Assembly: GCA_018813295.1 (NCBI GenBank)
Contig: JAHJBZ010000066.1
Coordinates: 11,231-75,230 of the forward strand
Reading direction: 5' to 3'
DNA length: 64,000 nt
DNA from: Patescibacteria group bacterium
GTDB taxonomy: Bacteria; Patescibacteriota; Gracilibacteria; UM-FILTER-43-11
Shown piece after piece: positions 48,344-58,672 of the stretch. The stretch's first letter is position 1; each line of letters starts with the position of its first letter. Under the pieces are notes generated by a model. The model was not told where the DNA came from, did no database searches, and saw only the letters and a list, made by a program, of their open reading frames with translations. The translations under genes were made by a program, and so were the position numbers.

Positions 48344-50092
48344 ATGAACATAGATCCAAAAAAACTAATTAAGAGTCTTAAAGCAATAAAAATTCCCACA
48401 AAAGAATTAGAGGAAGAAGCTAGAGTAACTAATAGATCGCTTTACAATGTGATCGTAAAAAAACACATTCTTCCGGATGAAGAACTTGGAAAATTAATTG
48501 CAGAAATCATTGAATACCCTTATGTAAGCCTTTCAAAAATAGATATCCCAAATGAAATTTTAGAAATAGTTCCGGAAAATATTGCCTTAAAACAAGGCAT
48601 TATTACTTTTGCCATAGATGAAGAAACCAACATTATCAAAATTGCCACGGTTAATCCGTTTGACCTGGAAATGATAAATGACATTCAGAAGAAAACCGGA
48701 CATGAGGCAGAAGTGTATTACACAACTAAATCGAGTATTCAAAATATTATCGGCAAATACCACCAAGAGTTAAAAAATATTTTCTTAGGTATGCTTCCTG
48801 AGCACATGCGTTATACAAAAGAGGCAGGAGCAGGAAAAGAAATGCCAACCGAAGCCATTGAAGAAGAAGTTCCTATAGTTAAAATTTTTGACGCAATCCT
48901 ATTGCATGCATACAGACAACACGCATCTGATATACATATTGAATCCACAAAAAATAATACTGTTGTTCGCTACCGTATTGATGGGGTTTTGCATGTAATA
49001 GTAAATTTTCCAAAGGAAATACACGAATCCCTGGTTACTCGTTGTAAAATTCTGGCAGGATTAAGAATTGATGAAACTCGTGCTGCTCAAGATGGACGTA
49101 TAGCTACAAAACTAGATAATGACAATGTGGCCTTCCGTGTTTCAATTTTACCAACACACTTTGGTGAAAAAATTGTTATGCGCTTACTTGTAGAAATTGA
49201 AGAATCTATTAATTTAATAGAATCAGGGCTAAGCGAAGAAAATTACAAGGCAGTAATCACAAATTCAACAAAACCATACGGGATGATGATTGTAGTTGGG
49301 CCAACTGGATCTGGGAAAACTACAACTTTATACAACATAATCAAACTGCTTAATTCCGAGGAAATAAATATTTCCACTATCGAAGATCCTATCGAATACG
49401 GTATTGAGGGAATCAATCAGGTTCAGGTAAACCATGCGACAAACTTAACATTTGCAAACGGACTGCGAGCACTTCTGCGTCAAGATCCGGATAGTATTTT
49501 AGTAGGAGAAATCCGTGACCAGGAGACAGCTCAAATTGCCATTGAGTCCTCTATGACAGGTCATATGGTTTTTTCAACACTTCATGCCAATAGCACCGCT
49601 GTTGGCATACCGCGTTTAATAGAAATGGGTATTGAGCCTTTCCTCCTTACAGCGGCAATTAATTGTCTTGTCGCCCAAAGACTTGTACGTAAAATTTGCC
49701 CTCAGTGTATGCAGGCTCATATATATTCCAGTGAAACTTTGGGGCTTATTTATAAAGAAAAAAATATGGTCGATCTTGTTAAAAAAATTAGTCTTAAGTA
49801 TTACTCCGAAGATGAGACCAATCAACTCGAATTCAAAGATGAATTTATGTTCTACAAAGGAATGGGTTGTAAATCATGCGGGTTCACAGGTTACAAAGGA
49901 CGTATTGGTCTTTATGAAGTACTGGAACTAAATGACTATATAAAAAAGGTAATTTTAGAAGGCGGCAGTTCTGATGCAGTAGAAGAAGCAGCTATAAAAG
50001 GTGGTATGACTACCATGCTCGAAAACGGAATTGAAAAAGCTCTTTCTGGGATTACTTCACTCGAGGAAATCATTCGTGTTATTAAAGCTTAA
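48344..50092 (+). CDS. pilB: Type IV pilus assembly ATPase (PilB/GspE)
   Basis: ASDIHIE, RYRIDG, QDGR, GPTGSGKTTT, LRQDPD, CPQC..CKSCG.TGYKGR. Confidence 0.95.
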   Translation: MNIDPKKLIKSLKAIKIPTKELEEEARVTNRSLYNVIVKKHILPDEELGKLIAEIIEYPYVSLSKIDIPNEILEIVPENIALKQGIITFAIDEETNIIKIATVNPFDLEMINDIQKKTGHEAEVYYTTKSSIQNIIGKYHQELKNIFLGMLPEHMRYTKEAGAGKEMPTEAIEEEVPIVKIFDAILLHAYRQHASDIHIESTKNNTVVRYRIDGVLHVIVNFPKEIHESLVTRCKILAGLRIDETRAAQDGRIATKLDNDNVAFRVSILPTHFGEKIVMRLLVEIEESINLIESGLSEENYKAVITNSTKPYGMMIVVGPTGSGKTTTLYNIIKLLNSEEINISTIEDPIEYGIEGINQVQVNHATNLTFANGLRALLRQDPDSILVGEIRDQETAQIAIESSMTGHMVFSTLHANSTAVGIPRLIEMGIEPFLLTAAINCLVAQRLVRKICPQCMQAHIYSSETLGLIYKEKNMVDLVKKISLKYYSEDETNQLEFKDEFMFYKGMGCKSCGFTGYKGRIGLYEVLELNDYIKKVILEGGSSDAVEEAAIKGGMTTMLENGIEKALSGITSLEEIIRVIKA

Positions 50093-50094
50093 AT

Positions 50095-51441
50095 ATGCCT
50101 ACAGAAACCACTACACAATCAGAGGAGATGCAAAAAATATCACTCTCAGAAACAAAATCTGTCGTAGACAGTGAGCCTGTCACAAACAGTGAGTCTGCCG
50201 AACCTGTCGAATCTAAAGAGGTAGGACAAACACCAAAACCACAACCAGAGGCAAGTCCACGCGACGAAGGAGCAGGTCCACAACCCAAACAACAATACGA
50301 ACCCCAACTGGAGGATGCCCCCCCCGAAGAAGTAAAGGAAGTAGTAAAGAAAAAAATCACAAAACGTAAAAAAGGACTAATAGAGCGACTTAGGGAAATC
50401 GGAACTATTTCGCAAAAAGAAGTAGTTGAATTTACAAGGCACTTATCTGTTATGCTAAGTGCAGGAGTTACAATTTTCGAAGCCATCAGCTTTTTAAGAG
50501 ACCAATCAAAAAATAAGGTTTTTTCCGGACGGCTTAGTGATGTTTTATATAGCCTTAACAACGGACAATCTCTTTCTGCATCCATGAGAAAATTCCCAAA
50601 AGTTTTCCCAGAAATTTACACCAACATTATTCATGTAGGTGAACAATCAGGAACCCTGCCGGAAACAATGATTAATATGGCCGATCACCTTGAGGAAAAT
50701 GATAAATTTAAAAGTAAAGTTAAAGGCGCTTTGGTCTATCCAAAAATCATTCTCGGAGTTATGGGTGCTTTTCTTCTTGTATTGTTCCTCTTTGTAATGC
50801 CAAGGATTTTAACTGTATTTCAAAGCCTTAATGCGGAACTGCCAACTACCACAAAAATAACAATTGGACTAACTAATTTTATTCAAAATAATATCTTAAT
50901 GATTTTTCTGGTAATTGTTGGAAGTATAGTAGGAATGAGTATAATATTCAGAAATCCTGCAGCAAAAAAAGTAAGAGATCATTTTTACCTTAAGGTGCCA
51001 TTTATAGGAAAAATCGTACTAAATTACAATACCACCCAGGTAGCTCAACATTTTGGAACTCTTTTTGCAAGTGGGCTTACCATTATTAAATGTTTAGAAA
51101 TTACCAGAAGCGTTGTAAAGAATAAAATGTTTCAGGATGAACTTGATTATATGGTAGATAAAATAAAAAATGGAGCATCATTTTCTCAAAGTTTTAAAGA
51201 AAAATCTATTTTCCCACCAATGTTTAATAAATTAATACGAGTTGGTGAACGTACCGGAAAACTTCCTCATGTAGTGGAATATATGAAAAATTACTACAAA
51301 GGACTGGTGGACTCTGATGTTAAAAATATAACTACAATTATAGAACCAGTAATTATGGTGCTTTTGGGGCTGATGGTTGCTGGTTTGGTTGTTACAGTAA
51401 TCGGACCAATCTATCAATTAATATCTAATGTAGGTCAATAA
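50095..51441 (+). CDS. pilC: Type IV pilus platform protein (PilC/GspF) with a disordered N-terminal extension
   Basis: FTRHLSVMLSAG, GEQSGTL, ALVYP, GERTGKL, IEP. Confidence 0.93.
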   Translation: MPTETTTQSEEMQKISLSETKSVVDSEPVTNSESAEPVESKEVGQTPKPQPEASPRDEGAGPQPKQQYEPQLEDAPPEEVKEVVKKKITKRKKGLIERLREIGTISQKEVVEFTRHLSVMLSAGVTIFEAISFLRDQSKNKVFSGRLSDVLYSLNNGQSLSASMRKFPKVFPEIYTNIIHVGEQSGTLPETMINMADHLEENDKFKSKVKGALVYPKIILGVMGAFLLVLFLFVMPRILTVFQSLNAELPTTTKITIGLTNFIQNNILMIFLVIVGSIVGMSIIFRNPAAKKVRDHFYLKVPFIGKIVLNYNTTQVAQHFGTLFASGLTIIKCLEITRSVVKNKMFQDELDYMVDKIKNGASFSQSFKEKSIFPPMFNKLIRVGERTGKLPHVVEYMKNYYKGLVDSDVKNITTIIEPVIMVLLGLMVAGLVVTVIGPIYQLISNVGQ

Positions 51442-51935
51442 TGCTACTTAATTTTGCAAATAACAGGGCCAAGCTTGAGCGCAAACAAAAAAAAGCATTT
51501 TCATTTATTGAAGTAATTATCACAACATCTTTATTCCTTTTGCTTGCTGGCATAGGGATAGGATCATACTTCCAATATTATTCATTCTCATTAATTAAAA
51601 GCGATGTAGATCACACATTAACCCTTGTCAAACAAACCCGTTTCAAAGCATTAAAAAACCCGACAAATGATAATTATGGAATTCATATAGATCCGGTTAC
51701 AAGAATGATAACTGGATTCCGTGATTCATATAACCCATTGGATAGCGAAAATATTACTATTGAACTGGAACAGCTTGGAATAACAGATCTGAGTTTAAAC
51801 CCAAGCGTTGGAGTAACTAACGAAATATTATTCGAAACCCAAACCGGTAAAACGCAAAATTCAGGAAGTTTCACAATCGGCAACGATAATTACAGCTACA
51901 CAATTAATATTAATCCTCAAGGAGTTGTTAATTAA
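51441..51935 (+). CDS. Minor pilin
   Basis: Prepilin-like KKA|FSFIEVII plus hydrophobic helix. Confidence 0.85.
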   Translation: MLLNFANNRAKLERKQKKAFSFIEVIITTSLFLLLAGIGIGSYFQYYSFSLIKSDVDHTLTLVKQTRFKALKNPTNDNYGIHIDPVTRMITGFRDSYNPLDSENITIELEQLGITDLSLNPSVGVTNEILFETQTGKTQNSGSFTIGNDNYSYTININPQGVVN

Positions 51936-52446
51936 AAATAAAAACAACAAAGGAAGTAGAATAGGTTCCAGTATAGTGGAATTAATCATTGTAATAGTTC
52001 TTTTTGCAATTTTAGTTCCGACTTCCGTAGGAATATTCATAAGTGCAAGTAAGATATCCGGTCAGGGATATATACAGCATTCCGCAGCTGTAACACTGGG
52101 GGAAACAAATGACATTTTGCGTTTTATGAGAAACCAGGGATTTGACTTACTTGTTAGCGGTTCATTTTATTTAATAAGAAATCCCGGATCAGATTCATGG
52201 CTTATAAAAAACGATCTACCAGATATGGATGTTTTTGAAAGATACATTACCGTTTCAAATGCATTACGTCATCAAGGTACAGACGATATATATTTCGATG
52301 GTGACAGCGGTGCTTCCTACGAAGACTCAGACACTAAAAGAATTGATATAGAAATTTTGTGGGCTCCGGACTATTTACCTTTAGATCTTATAAGTCAAAC
52401 AATTTATATTACCAATTGGCAAAAAACCATTACATATAGCTCTTAA
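51925..52446 (+). CDS. Minor pilin (PilV-like)
   Basis: G|SSIVELII plus hydrophobic helix. Confidence 0.8.
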   Translation: MLIKNKNNKGSRIGSSIVELIIVIVLFAILVPTSVGIFISASKISGQGYIQHSAAVTLGETNDILRFMRNQGFDLLVSGSFYLIRNPGSDSWLIKNDLPDMDVFERYITVSNALRHQGTDDIYFDGDSGASYEDSDTKRIDIEILWAPDYLPLDLISQTIYITNWQKTITYSS

Positions 52447-52452
52447 AAAAAT

Positions 52453-54522
52453 ATGAAAAATAAAAAAATAAAAAATTTAAAAAATCGATACGGTACAGTA
52501 TTTATTGAACTACTGCTTTATATGGCTATTTTTCTTGTTTTGGTGCCCATCCTGCTCACTGTATCTATTAATTCAATTAAACTTGAAGAGCGTCATAGTG
52601 CTGAAAAACAAGTTAGTATAGATAGTAGATTTTTAGTGGAACGGATATATGACATCATTGTTGATGCCAAACGCATTGATGTTGAGAATTCAGTTTTTAG
52701 CGATGCTGATGGAAAATTAGTTTTAATTATGCAGGATGACACCACTATTATTATTGAAGCAAATCCAACTAACAATACAATCGAAATAACTGAAGGGGGG
52801 CAAACGACTGAATTGTCTTCCAGTGAAGCTGTAATAGAGCACCTTTTCTTTGAAAAAATTCCCGATGCACTAAATGACCCCGAATTAGTTTTGGGAGTTA
52901 ACATGAGACTGGAAATCAGTGCTATTGAAGAATATGACCCTCTCCAGAATTATGTGGTTTCCGCTAATTTGGAACGCGGTGATTATGACGATGACGATTG
53001 CCCAGACTTTATAGATCATTTTCCAAAGCATGATCAGTGCTGCAGAGATGTGGATGATGACGGCACTTGTGATGAAATGGATAACTGCGTTTTAGCTTAC
53101 AATCCATTTCAGGAAGATTTAGATGAAGATGACATTGGAGATGCTTGTGATTTATCAGCATTTGAATTTCCTTCTTATAATTGCAGTGATGATCAGGGAT
53201 TAATCGATTTAATTAATCAGGTACCACCTTTACCCCCAGGTCATTTAAAAAATATTTTAATGAGTTCAAATCCATTATCTCCAACTGTTCTTCAGGCATT
53301 AATCGATAAAGATCCTGCTGCTCCAGATGGCCATATTAAACAAATCTTCGTTGCAAACACAAAGCTGTATACAGATACCTATACAAACGTAATGGCAATG
53401 GATATATCGCAGGGAAATAAAAACAGTATTGAGGATGCCCAGGATGAAGCCACTGAATACGCCTGGACAGAAGAAGGAGCCCCACCTACCGAAATCGAAT
53501 ATGACATTACGCTTTCCGGCGCAGGTGAAGAATATGGAGAAGAACAAATTGCAGATAACTACAAAATTAAATTCGATAATGCCGATGAAGACTTAGGAGT
53601 AGAAGAAACTTTTCAACAAACTGACATATTTATTATTACTGCAAATGATGGATCGGCAGAAGTAACCGTTACTATTCAAGATGACGACAGCAACACAGAA
53701 ACATTTATTCTAAATGGTATAGGAGACAGTTTCACAACCTCATTTGGATTCGGAGCAACTTTAGATGACTACGAAGGAAATAATTATATGTTTAAAGTAA
53801 GCAACATATCCAACGATGAAGAAATGGACTATGTTGAATTTAATTTTGGCATTCAGGCAGAAATAACATCACCTACGGACTCAATATATACAGCTAGACG
53901 ATATACATATTATTGCCCAGGCGGTTGTGAAGGAAATTGTGGTGATAGTGGAACCGGAATTATTATTGGTGATGTAATAACTGATCAATGTTACAAAGCT
54001 ATTGGCGGATATCCGGAATGGTGTTCTGTTTGGTTTACATTCTTTAATAACGATGCAAGTGCACCAGCATACGAGGGAGGAAATCAGGAAGGCGAGGAAG
54101 AGCTTTACTGGGAAAAAACTTTTCAAACTGTTCTTTCCGAAGTGCAAATAGAACATCTGGAAAGCATAACAGTTACCGGTGAAATAGCCTATCAAAGTAT
54201 TGCCCAATTTTTCTGTGATCAATTTGCAGCTGAATGTTTAATGAACGGTGATTTGTCAGGAGCACAAGACGTAGAATTGTACGACTGGGTATCGGAAACA
54301 TGGGAAATAATTGGGGTAGTAGGCTTAAGTAACTCAACCAGTAACCAGCAAACCTTTTCAGTAATTTACGATGGCAGTAATCCTCAGAAATTTATTGGCG
54401 GTGAAGAAAATAGACAAATAAAAGCCCGCATGGAATTTAACTGGAACGGAATCCCGCCTGAAGGCGAAAGCGCACCTTGTTTTATGTTAATAGATTACTT
54501 TACTTTACATCTTAAATGGTAA
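52453..54522 (+). CDS. Large minor pilin with thrombospondin type 3-like Ca-binding repeats
   Basis: G|TVFIELLLY; DYDDDDCPD..D, DVDDDGTCD..DNC..YNP.QEDLDED.IGDACD. Confidence 0.8.
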   Translation: MKNKKIKNLKNRYGTVFIELLLYMAIFLVLVPILLTVSINSIKLEERHSAEKQVSIDSRFLVERIYDIIVDAKRIDVENSVFSDADGKLVLIMQDDTTIIIEANPTNNTIEITEGGQTTELSSSEAVIEHLFFEKIPDALNDPELVLGVNMRLEISAIEEYDPLQNYVVSANLERGDYDDDDCPDFIDHFPKHDQCCRDVDDDGTCDEMDNCVLAYNPFQEDLDEDDIGDACDLSAFEFPSYNCSDDQGLIDLINQVPPLPPGHLKNILMSSNPLSPTVLQALIDKDPAAPDGHIKQIFVANTKLYTDTYTNVMAMDISQGNKNSIEDAQDEATEYAWTEEGAPPTEIEYDITLSGAGEEYGEEQIADNYKIKFDNADEDLGVEETFQQTDIFIITANDGSAEVTVTIQDDDSNTETFILNGIGDSFTTSFGFGATLDDYEGNNYMFKVSNISNDEEMDYVEFNFGIQAEITSPTDSIYTARRYTYYCPGGCEGNCGDSGTGIIIGDVITDQCYKAIGGYPEWCSVWFTFFNNDASAPAYEGGNQEGEEELYWEKTFQTVLSEVQIEHLESITVTGEIAYQSIAQFFCDQFAAECLMNGDLSGAQDVELYDWVSETWEIIGVVGLSNSTSNQQTFSVIYDGSNPQKFIGGEENRQIKARMEFNWNGIPPEGESAPCFMLIDYFTLHLKW

Positions 54523-54568
54523 ATCCGAATAGTGGTCCGCCGCGGCGGAAGCCACAATCCGAGCCACA

Positions 54569-55039
54569 ATGCGTAATATAAGAAAAACAAAAAAGGGTTT
54601 CATCGCAATTATCAGCCTGCTAATAATCACAACCATAAGCATGATATTTGCTATGTCGATGTTAAAAGACGGCGTGGATAATGCGTCGCTTTCATTAAGC
54701 AGTATTTATTATGAAAATGCGCGCATTAATGCAACTACATGCCTGGAAGATACCCTGTATAGAATAAAACAGGAGGAGATATTCAATGAAGATTTAGATT
54801 ATACGATCACAGATGAAGATTCATGCACAACTACAATTACCTGGTATGACCCACAACAAACCGCTCCGGGAATTGTGGAAAGATTGGCTGATTTAGAAGT
54901 CATTGGAGTAAGCAATAATTTTACACGTACATTTAGTTACGGATTAAAAGTATCCAGATTTGATGTAAATTATTCTGACGGATCATTGGATTATATGAAC
55001 AATATTGACATTATTTCTATCGAGGAATTAACCTCATAA
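54569..55039 (+). CDS. PilX-like minor pilin
   Basis: KKG|FIAIISLLII, lacking Glu+5 as in PilX/GspK. Confidence 0.75.
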   Translation: MRNIRKTKKGFIAIISLLIITTISMIFAMSMLKDGVDNASLSLSSIYYENARINATTCLEDTLYRIKQEEIFNEDLDYTITDEDSCTTTITWYDPQQTAPGIVERLADLEVIGVSNNFTRTFSYGLKVSRFDVNYSDGSLDYMNNIDIISIEELTS

Positions 55040-55045
55040 ACCTTA

Positions 55046-56752
55046 ATGGATAACACCCTGAAAAACACATTCGGGTTAGCAATAAGTAATGAGATGCTCA
55101 CTGCTGTAGAGCTGGCTTACAATAAGTCAGGACTTAAGGTAATTAATTTTTCTAAAGTTGATTTGGAACCAGGCGTAGTAGAAAATAATTGTATTATTAT
55201 CAATCCTCTGGCACTCAAAGAAGCCCTATCCAAACTTCTGCAGGAAGCAAAAATGGGGCCAATTAAATCAGAAAATGTAATAATTTCAATCCCTGAAGAA
55301 AAAACATTTAATCATCACATAGATATTCCAAAAGAGCAGGTAAAAAATAAAGAATTTATAAAAAATGTGGCCAGGGACTTTATCCCAATTGCGCTTGACG
55401 ATGCAATAATCGACTACAAACAAATTCGAAGCAATCCTGGACAAAATTACATAACTTTTAACTTTGTAGCCGTTCAAAAAAACATTATAGATTCACTTAC
55501 GAAAGTATTAAGTGAAGCAAATTTAAACGTAGTAGCTGTAGATATTGATAAAAACAGCATAATTCGTTCTTGTAACAATTCTTTGCAAAAAAATGAAGGC
55601 GATTTCATGGTGGTGAACATAGGTATGAATAAATCGACAATAAATATTACAACGTCTTCGGGTTTTTATTATAATATCGATGCAAAAATAGAAGGGAAAA
55701 AATTAGATGAAAAAATTAAAGAATTATTAAAGATTCCGAGTATTGCAGATGTAAGAACATTGCTCATGCAATTCAGCCAGGATGAAAATGTAATAAAAGC
55801 CGATCAGAAAAAAATCCTAGAGCAAGGTTTGCAAAGTTATTTTGCAACTTTCATTAAAAAAATAAACGAATTAATCCAGGCAATTGGGAACAGGGGAGGA
55901 CTGGAGCTTAATACAATTTACTTAATAGGCTGTCATTCATGTGTACCCGGGATTGAAGAAACATTTAAAGAAGCTTTCCCAAAAACAGAAATAAAACATA
56001 AATTAAATTATATCCAGCTTGATGAAACAACGGAATTAATTTACCCATATGCTATTGGTTTGGCCCTTAGGGCTGTTTTGCCGGAAGTTAATGAAAATGA
56101 TATCAACCTGCTTCCGCAAAATAAAAAAGAGGAATTGGAAGAGAGAAAAGTAACACCTGTTATTAGAAGATATTTGTTAGGAACTTGTATTATGCTAGGT
56201 GGCTTACTTATATTGTCAGGCATATTCACCAGCAAAACATATTTGGGCTATAGAGTAAGTTCACAGGAGTTAAGCCTATTGGAAGAAAAAGCAATGAACC
56301 CCTACCTAAGAGAAGCGGCACAGGAAATACAACAGGAAACACAATTGGCAAATCAAATTCTCAGCATAGTGGAGGGCGCTGTGCCCGGCAGTAAAACTAT
56401 GAAAATATTTGATAACTACAATACAAACGGCATTACTTTGGTAAATGTAAACTACAGCATAAATACAAACAAAGAAATTGAAATACGCTTAAGGGCAAAA
56501 GCATCTTCTAGGTCTGCAATTGAAGAATTCATTTTAGAATTAGAAAGCAGCCCATATTTTACTGAAGTCATATCCCCTCTTTCCAATCTGGTTGGCAAAG
56601 GAGAACGTTTTATTAATATAGATCTAAAATTAAATGCAAACGAAATAATAAATGAACACGAGAAAGAAAAAGAGGAAGCCGAAACAAAAGTAATGCAAGA
56701 TTCTGAAAATAAACCTAAACAACCTTCTATTCAGCAACCAGCTGAGGAATAA
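55046..56752 (+). CDS. PilM-PilN fusion protein
   Basis: Actin-like PilM part (FGLAIS, VVNIG, IGLALR), then INLLP, a TM helix and a PilN-like domain. Confidence 0.85.
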   Translation: MDNTLKNTFGLAISNEMLTAVELAYNKSGLKVINFSKVDLEPGVVENNCIIINPLALKEALSKLLQEAKMGPIKSENVIISIPEEKTFNHHIDIPKEQVKNKEFIKNVARDFIPIALDDAIIDYKQIRSNPGQNYITFNFVAVQKNIIDSLTKVLSEANLNVVAVDIDKNSIIRSCNNSLQKNEGDFMVVNIGMNKSTINITTSSGFYYNIDAKIEGKKLDEKIKELLKIPSIADVRTLLMQFSQDENVIKADQKKILEQGLQSYFATFIKKINELIQAIGNRGGLELNTIYLIGCHSCVPGIEETFKEAFPKTEIKHKLNYIQLDETTELIYPYAIGLALRAVLPEVNENDINLLPQNKKEELEERKVTPVIRRYLLGTCIMLGGLLILSGIFTSKTYLGYRVSSQELSLLEEKAMNPYLREAAQEIQQETQLANQILSIVEGAVPGSKTMKIFDNYNTNGITLVNVNYSINTNKEIEIRLRAKASSRSAIEEFILELESSPYFTEVISPLSNLVGKGERFINIDLKLNANEIINEHEKEKEEAETKVMQDSENKPKQPSIQQPAEE

Positions 56753-56762
56753 TTAATTATCC

Positions 56763-57332
56763 ATGGCAAATCATATTCTTAGCAAAAAAACAGGAAAGTT
56801 AATATTAAAAAAGAGAGTTTTAAGAATTCTAACATTGCTAAATGTTGTATTTCTTATAGTTTCCATAGTTTTCTTGTCTCTTTTTCTTTCTTATTATAAA
56901 AAAGTTAAAGAAAATGAAACTAAAATTGTGCAAACACAACAAACATTAGCCGACCTGCAATATTTAGTTGAAATAGATTTTAACGGACAAATTGATAGTG
57001 ACATATTGGATGAAAAATCATTTGCGCAATACGATGAAGTGATTCCTTTTATAACCTTATTGGAAAGTCTATTTTCCGTTATAGACCCGCAAGCCGACAT
57101 AACAATTAAAAGCCAGGAAAAACAAATATTCATTGATCACTACGCAGACTATAGAATAGTTCTTGATATGAATGAAAAAAAAGATTTGTTTCTTAAAGCT
57201 TTGGATGAACTTTATAATTCAAGTTTTATAACAAAAATAACAAGTTTTACAATGAATTATAGGCAGGATGATGACGGACTTACTCACAAATTAAACGAAG
57301 TTGACTTTGTAATCAGATTATATTTAAGCTAA
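56763..57332 (+). CDS. PilO-like protein
   Basis: TM helix, coiled coil and C-terminal domain; position after pilMN. Confidence 0.6.
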   Translation: MANHILSKKTGKLILKKRVLRILTLLNVVFLIVSIVFLSLFLSYYKKVKENETKIVQTQQTLADLQYLVEIDFNGQIDSDILDEKSFAQYDEVIPFITLLESLFSVIDPQADITIKSQEKQIFIDHYADYRIVLDMNEKKDLFLKALDELYNSSFITKITSFTMNYRQDDDGLTHKLNEVDFVIRLYLS

Positions 57333-57422
57333 TAAGCCAAAAAAAACCTAAAAAAGTATTGCATATATATGATATCTGCATATATACTTATTAATGTTAA
57401 ATTATTTTTTAATTCATTTGTT

Positions 57423-57983
57423 ATGGGGCTCAAAAATAAAAAAGGGTTTACTCTTATAGAACTCTTAATTGTCATCGGTATCATCGCAATCCTTGCTGGT
57501 ATCGTTCTTGTTGCTGTAAATCCAGCACAACAATTTGGTAAAGCTAACGATTCTGAACGTAAATCAGAAATCGGTACTCTTCTGAGTGCAGTTTACCAAT
57601 ATCAAACCTCTCCAACAGCACGTGGCGCATTACCAGAGTGTTCACTTGGTGCTGTACCTGCTGATACAGCAATTCCTGAATGTGATGATCCAACCGGACC
57701 AGGAGGCATATTTGACGGAGCCTTAGAGCTCGGAACACCTGCTGATGCAGACACTTATGACTGTTCAACTGCTTTAATTCCTTCATATCTTCGTGAGATA
57801 CCTATCGACCCAACCAGTGCTACATACGACGCAACTGCAACCGGTTATTACATTTGTCAGGATACAAGCGGAGCAGTATCCCGTGTTTACGTACTTGCCG
57901 TTGGCGCAGAAGTATATACAGATGATGGTGGCTGTGAACATCCAGATGGATCAGGAGATCCTGTAATGTGTGTTTCCGGCTGA
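57423..57983 (+). CDS. Type IV pilin (probable major pilin)
   Basis: MGLKNKKG|FTLIELLIVIGII; own upstream promoter-like region and downstream terminator; ends in TGA. Confidence 0.92.
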   Translation: MGLKNKKGFTLIELLIVIGIIAILAGIVLVAVNPAQQFGKANDSERKSEIGTLLSAVYQYQTSPTARGALPECSLGAVPADTAIPECDDPTGPGGIFDGALELGTPADADTYDCSTALIPSYLREIPIDPTSATYDATATGYYICQDTSGAVSRVYVLAVGAEVYTDDGGCEHPDGSGDPVMCVSG

Positions 57984-58003
57984 TGCAAATTGAATTAACT
58001 ACT

Positions 58004-58038
58004 AAAGCCCCATCCCGCTAAGCGGGGTGGGGCTTTTT
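58004..58038 (+). terminator. Intrinsic terminator after pilin 1
   Basis: AAAGCCCCATCCCGC-TAA-GCGGGGTGGGGCTTTTT. Confidence 0.9.
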
Positions 58039-58104
58039 GCTATATAAATTTTGATTTATTTCACTTAAATGATAGACTTTACAAGAACTACAATCAAAAA
58101 ATTC

Positions 58105-58671
58105 ATGCTGAACAAAACCAAAAAAGCCTTTACCCTTATAGAACTTTTAATTGTTGTCGGTATTATTATGATACTTGCAGGTATCGTTCTTTTTACTGTT
58201 AATCCTGCGGTACAGTTTGGTAAAGCTAACGATTCTGAACGCAAAACTGAGATAAGCGCTATTGCAAATGCTATTAATCAATATTCCGCCTCCCCTCACG
58301 CAAGAGGCGCCTTGCCAGAATGCTTACTCGGAGCAACGCCTACTGCAACTGCTATCCCAGAATGTGATACTGACGGTCTTGGTATAGGCGTAGGTAATGG
58401 TGGTTTCGAAGGTGCTGTTGAACTAGGCACTCCAGGTGATGCAGACACTTACGACTGCTCAAGCACCTTAATACCATCTTTTTTACGCGAAATACCTATT
58501 GATCCAGATAGCGCATATGACGAAACAGCAACCGGTTACTACATTTGCCAAGACACAACTGGCCTTACATCCAAAATTTATGTAATTGCAGTTGAGGCAG
58601 AAGTGTTTACAGATGATGGTGGATGCGAAGTACCAGGCAGCACCACACCAACGATGTGCGTTTCTGGGTAA
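58105..58671 (+). CDS. Second type IV pilin, close paralogue of 57423-57983
   Basis: KKA|FTLIELL; same six Cys and shared blocks QFGKANDSERK, ARGALPEC, DADTYDCS, ATGYYICQD, MCVSG. Confidence 0.92.
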   Translation: MLNKTKKAFTLIELLIVVGIIMILAGIVLFTVNPAVQFGKANDSERKTEISAIANAINQYSASPHARGALPECLLGATPTATAIPECDTDGLGIGVGNGGFEGAVELGTPGDADTYDCSSTLIPSFLREIPIDPDSAYDETATGYYICQDTTGLTSKIYVIAVEAEVFTDDGGCEVPGSTTPTMCVSG

Positions 58672-58672
58672 A

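Noticed and set aside
50161..50215. REP-derived sequence (GTGAGCCTGTC / GAACCTGTCGAA) in the PilC N-terminal extension
   Set aside because: Match is short, not palindromic, and has no second copy in the window
33158..54568. 12-mer arrays as CRISPR arrays
   Set aside because: Units are 12 bp, contiguous and inverted, with no unique spacers and no cas genes
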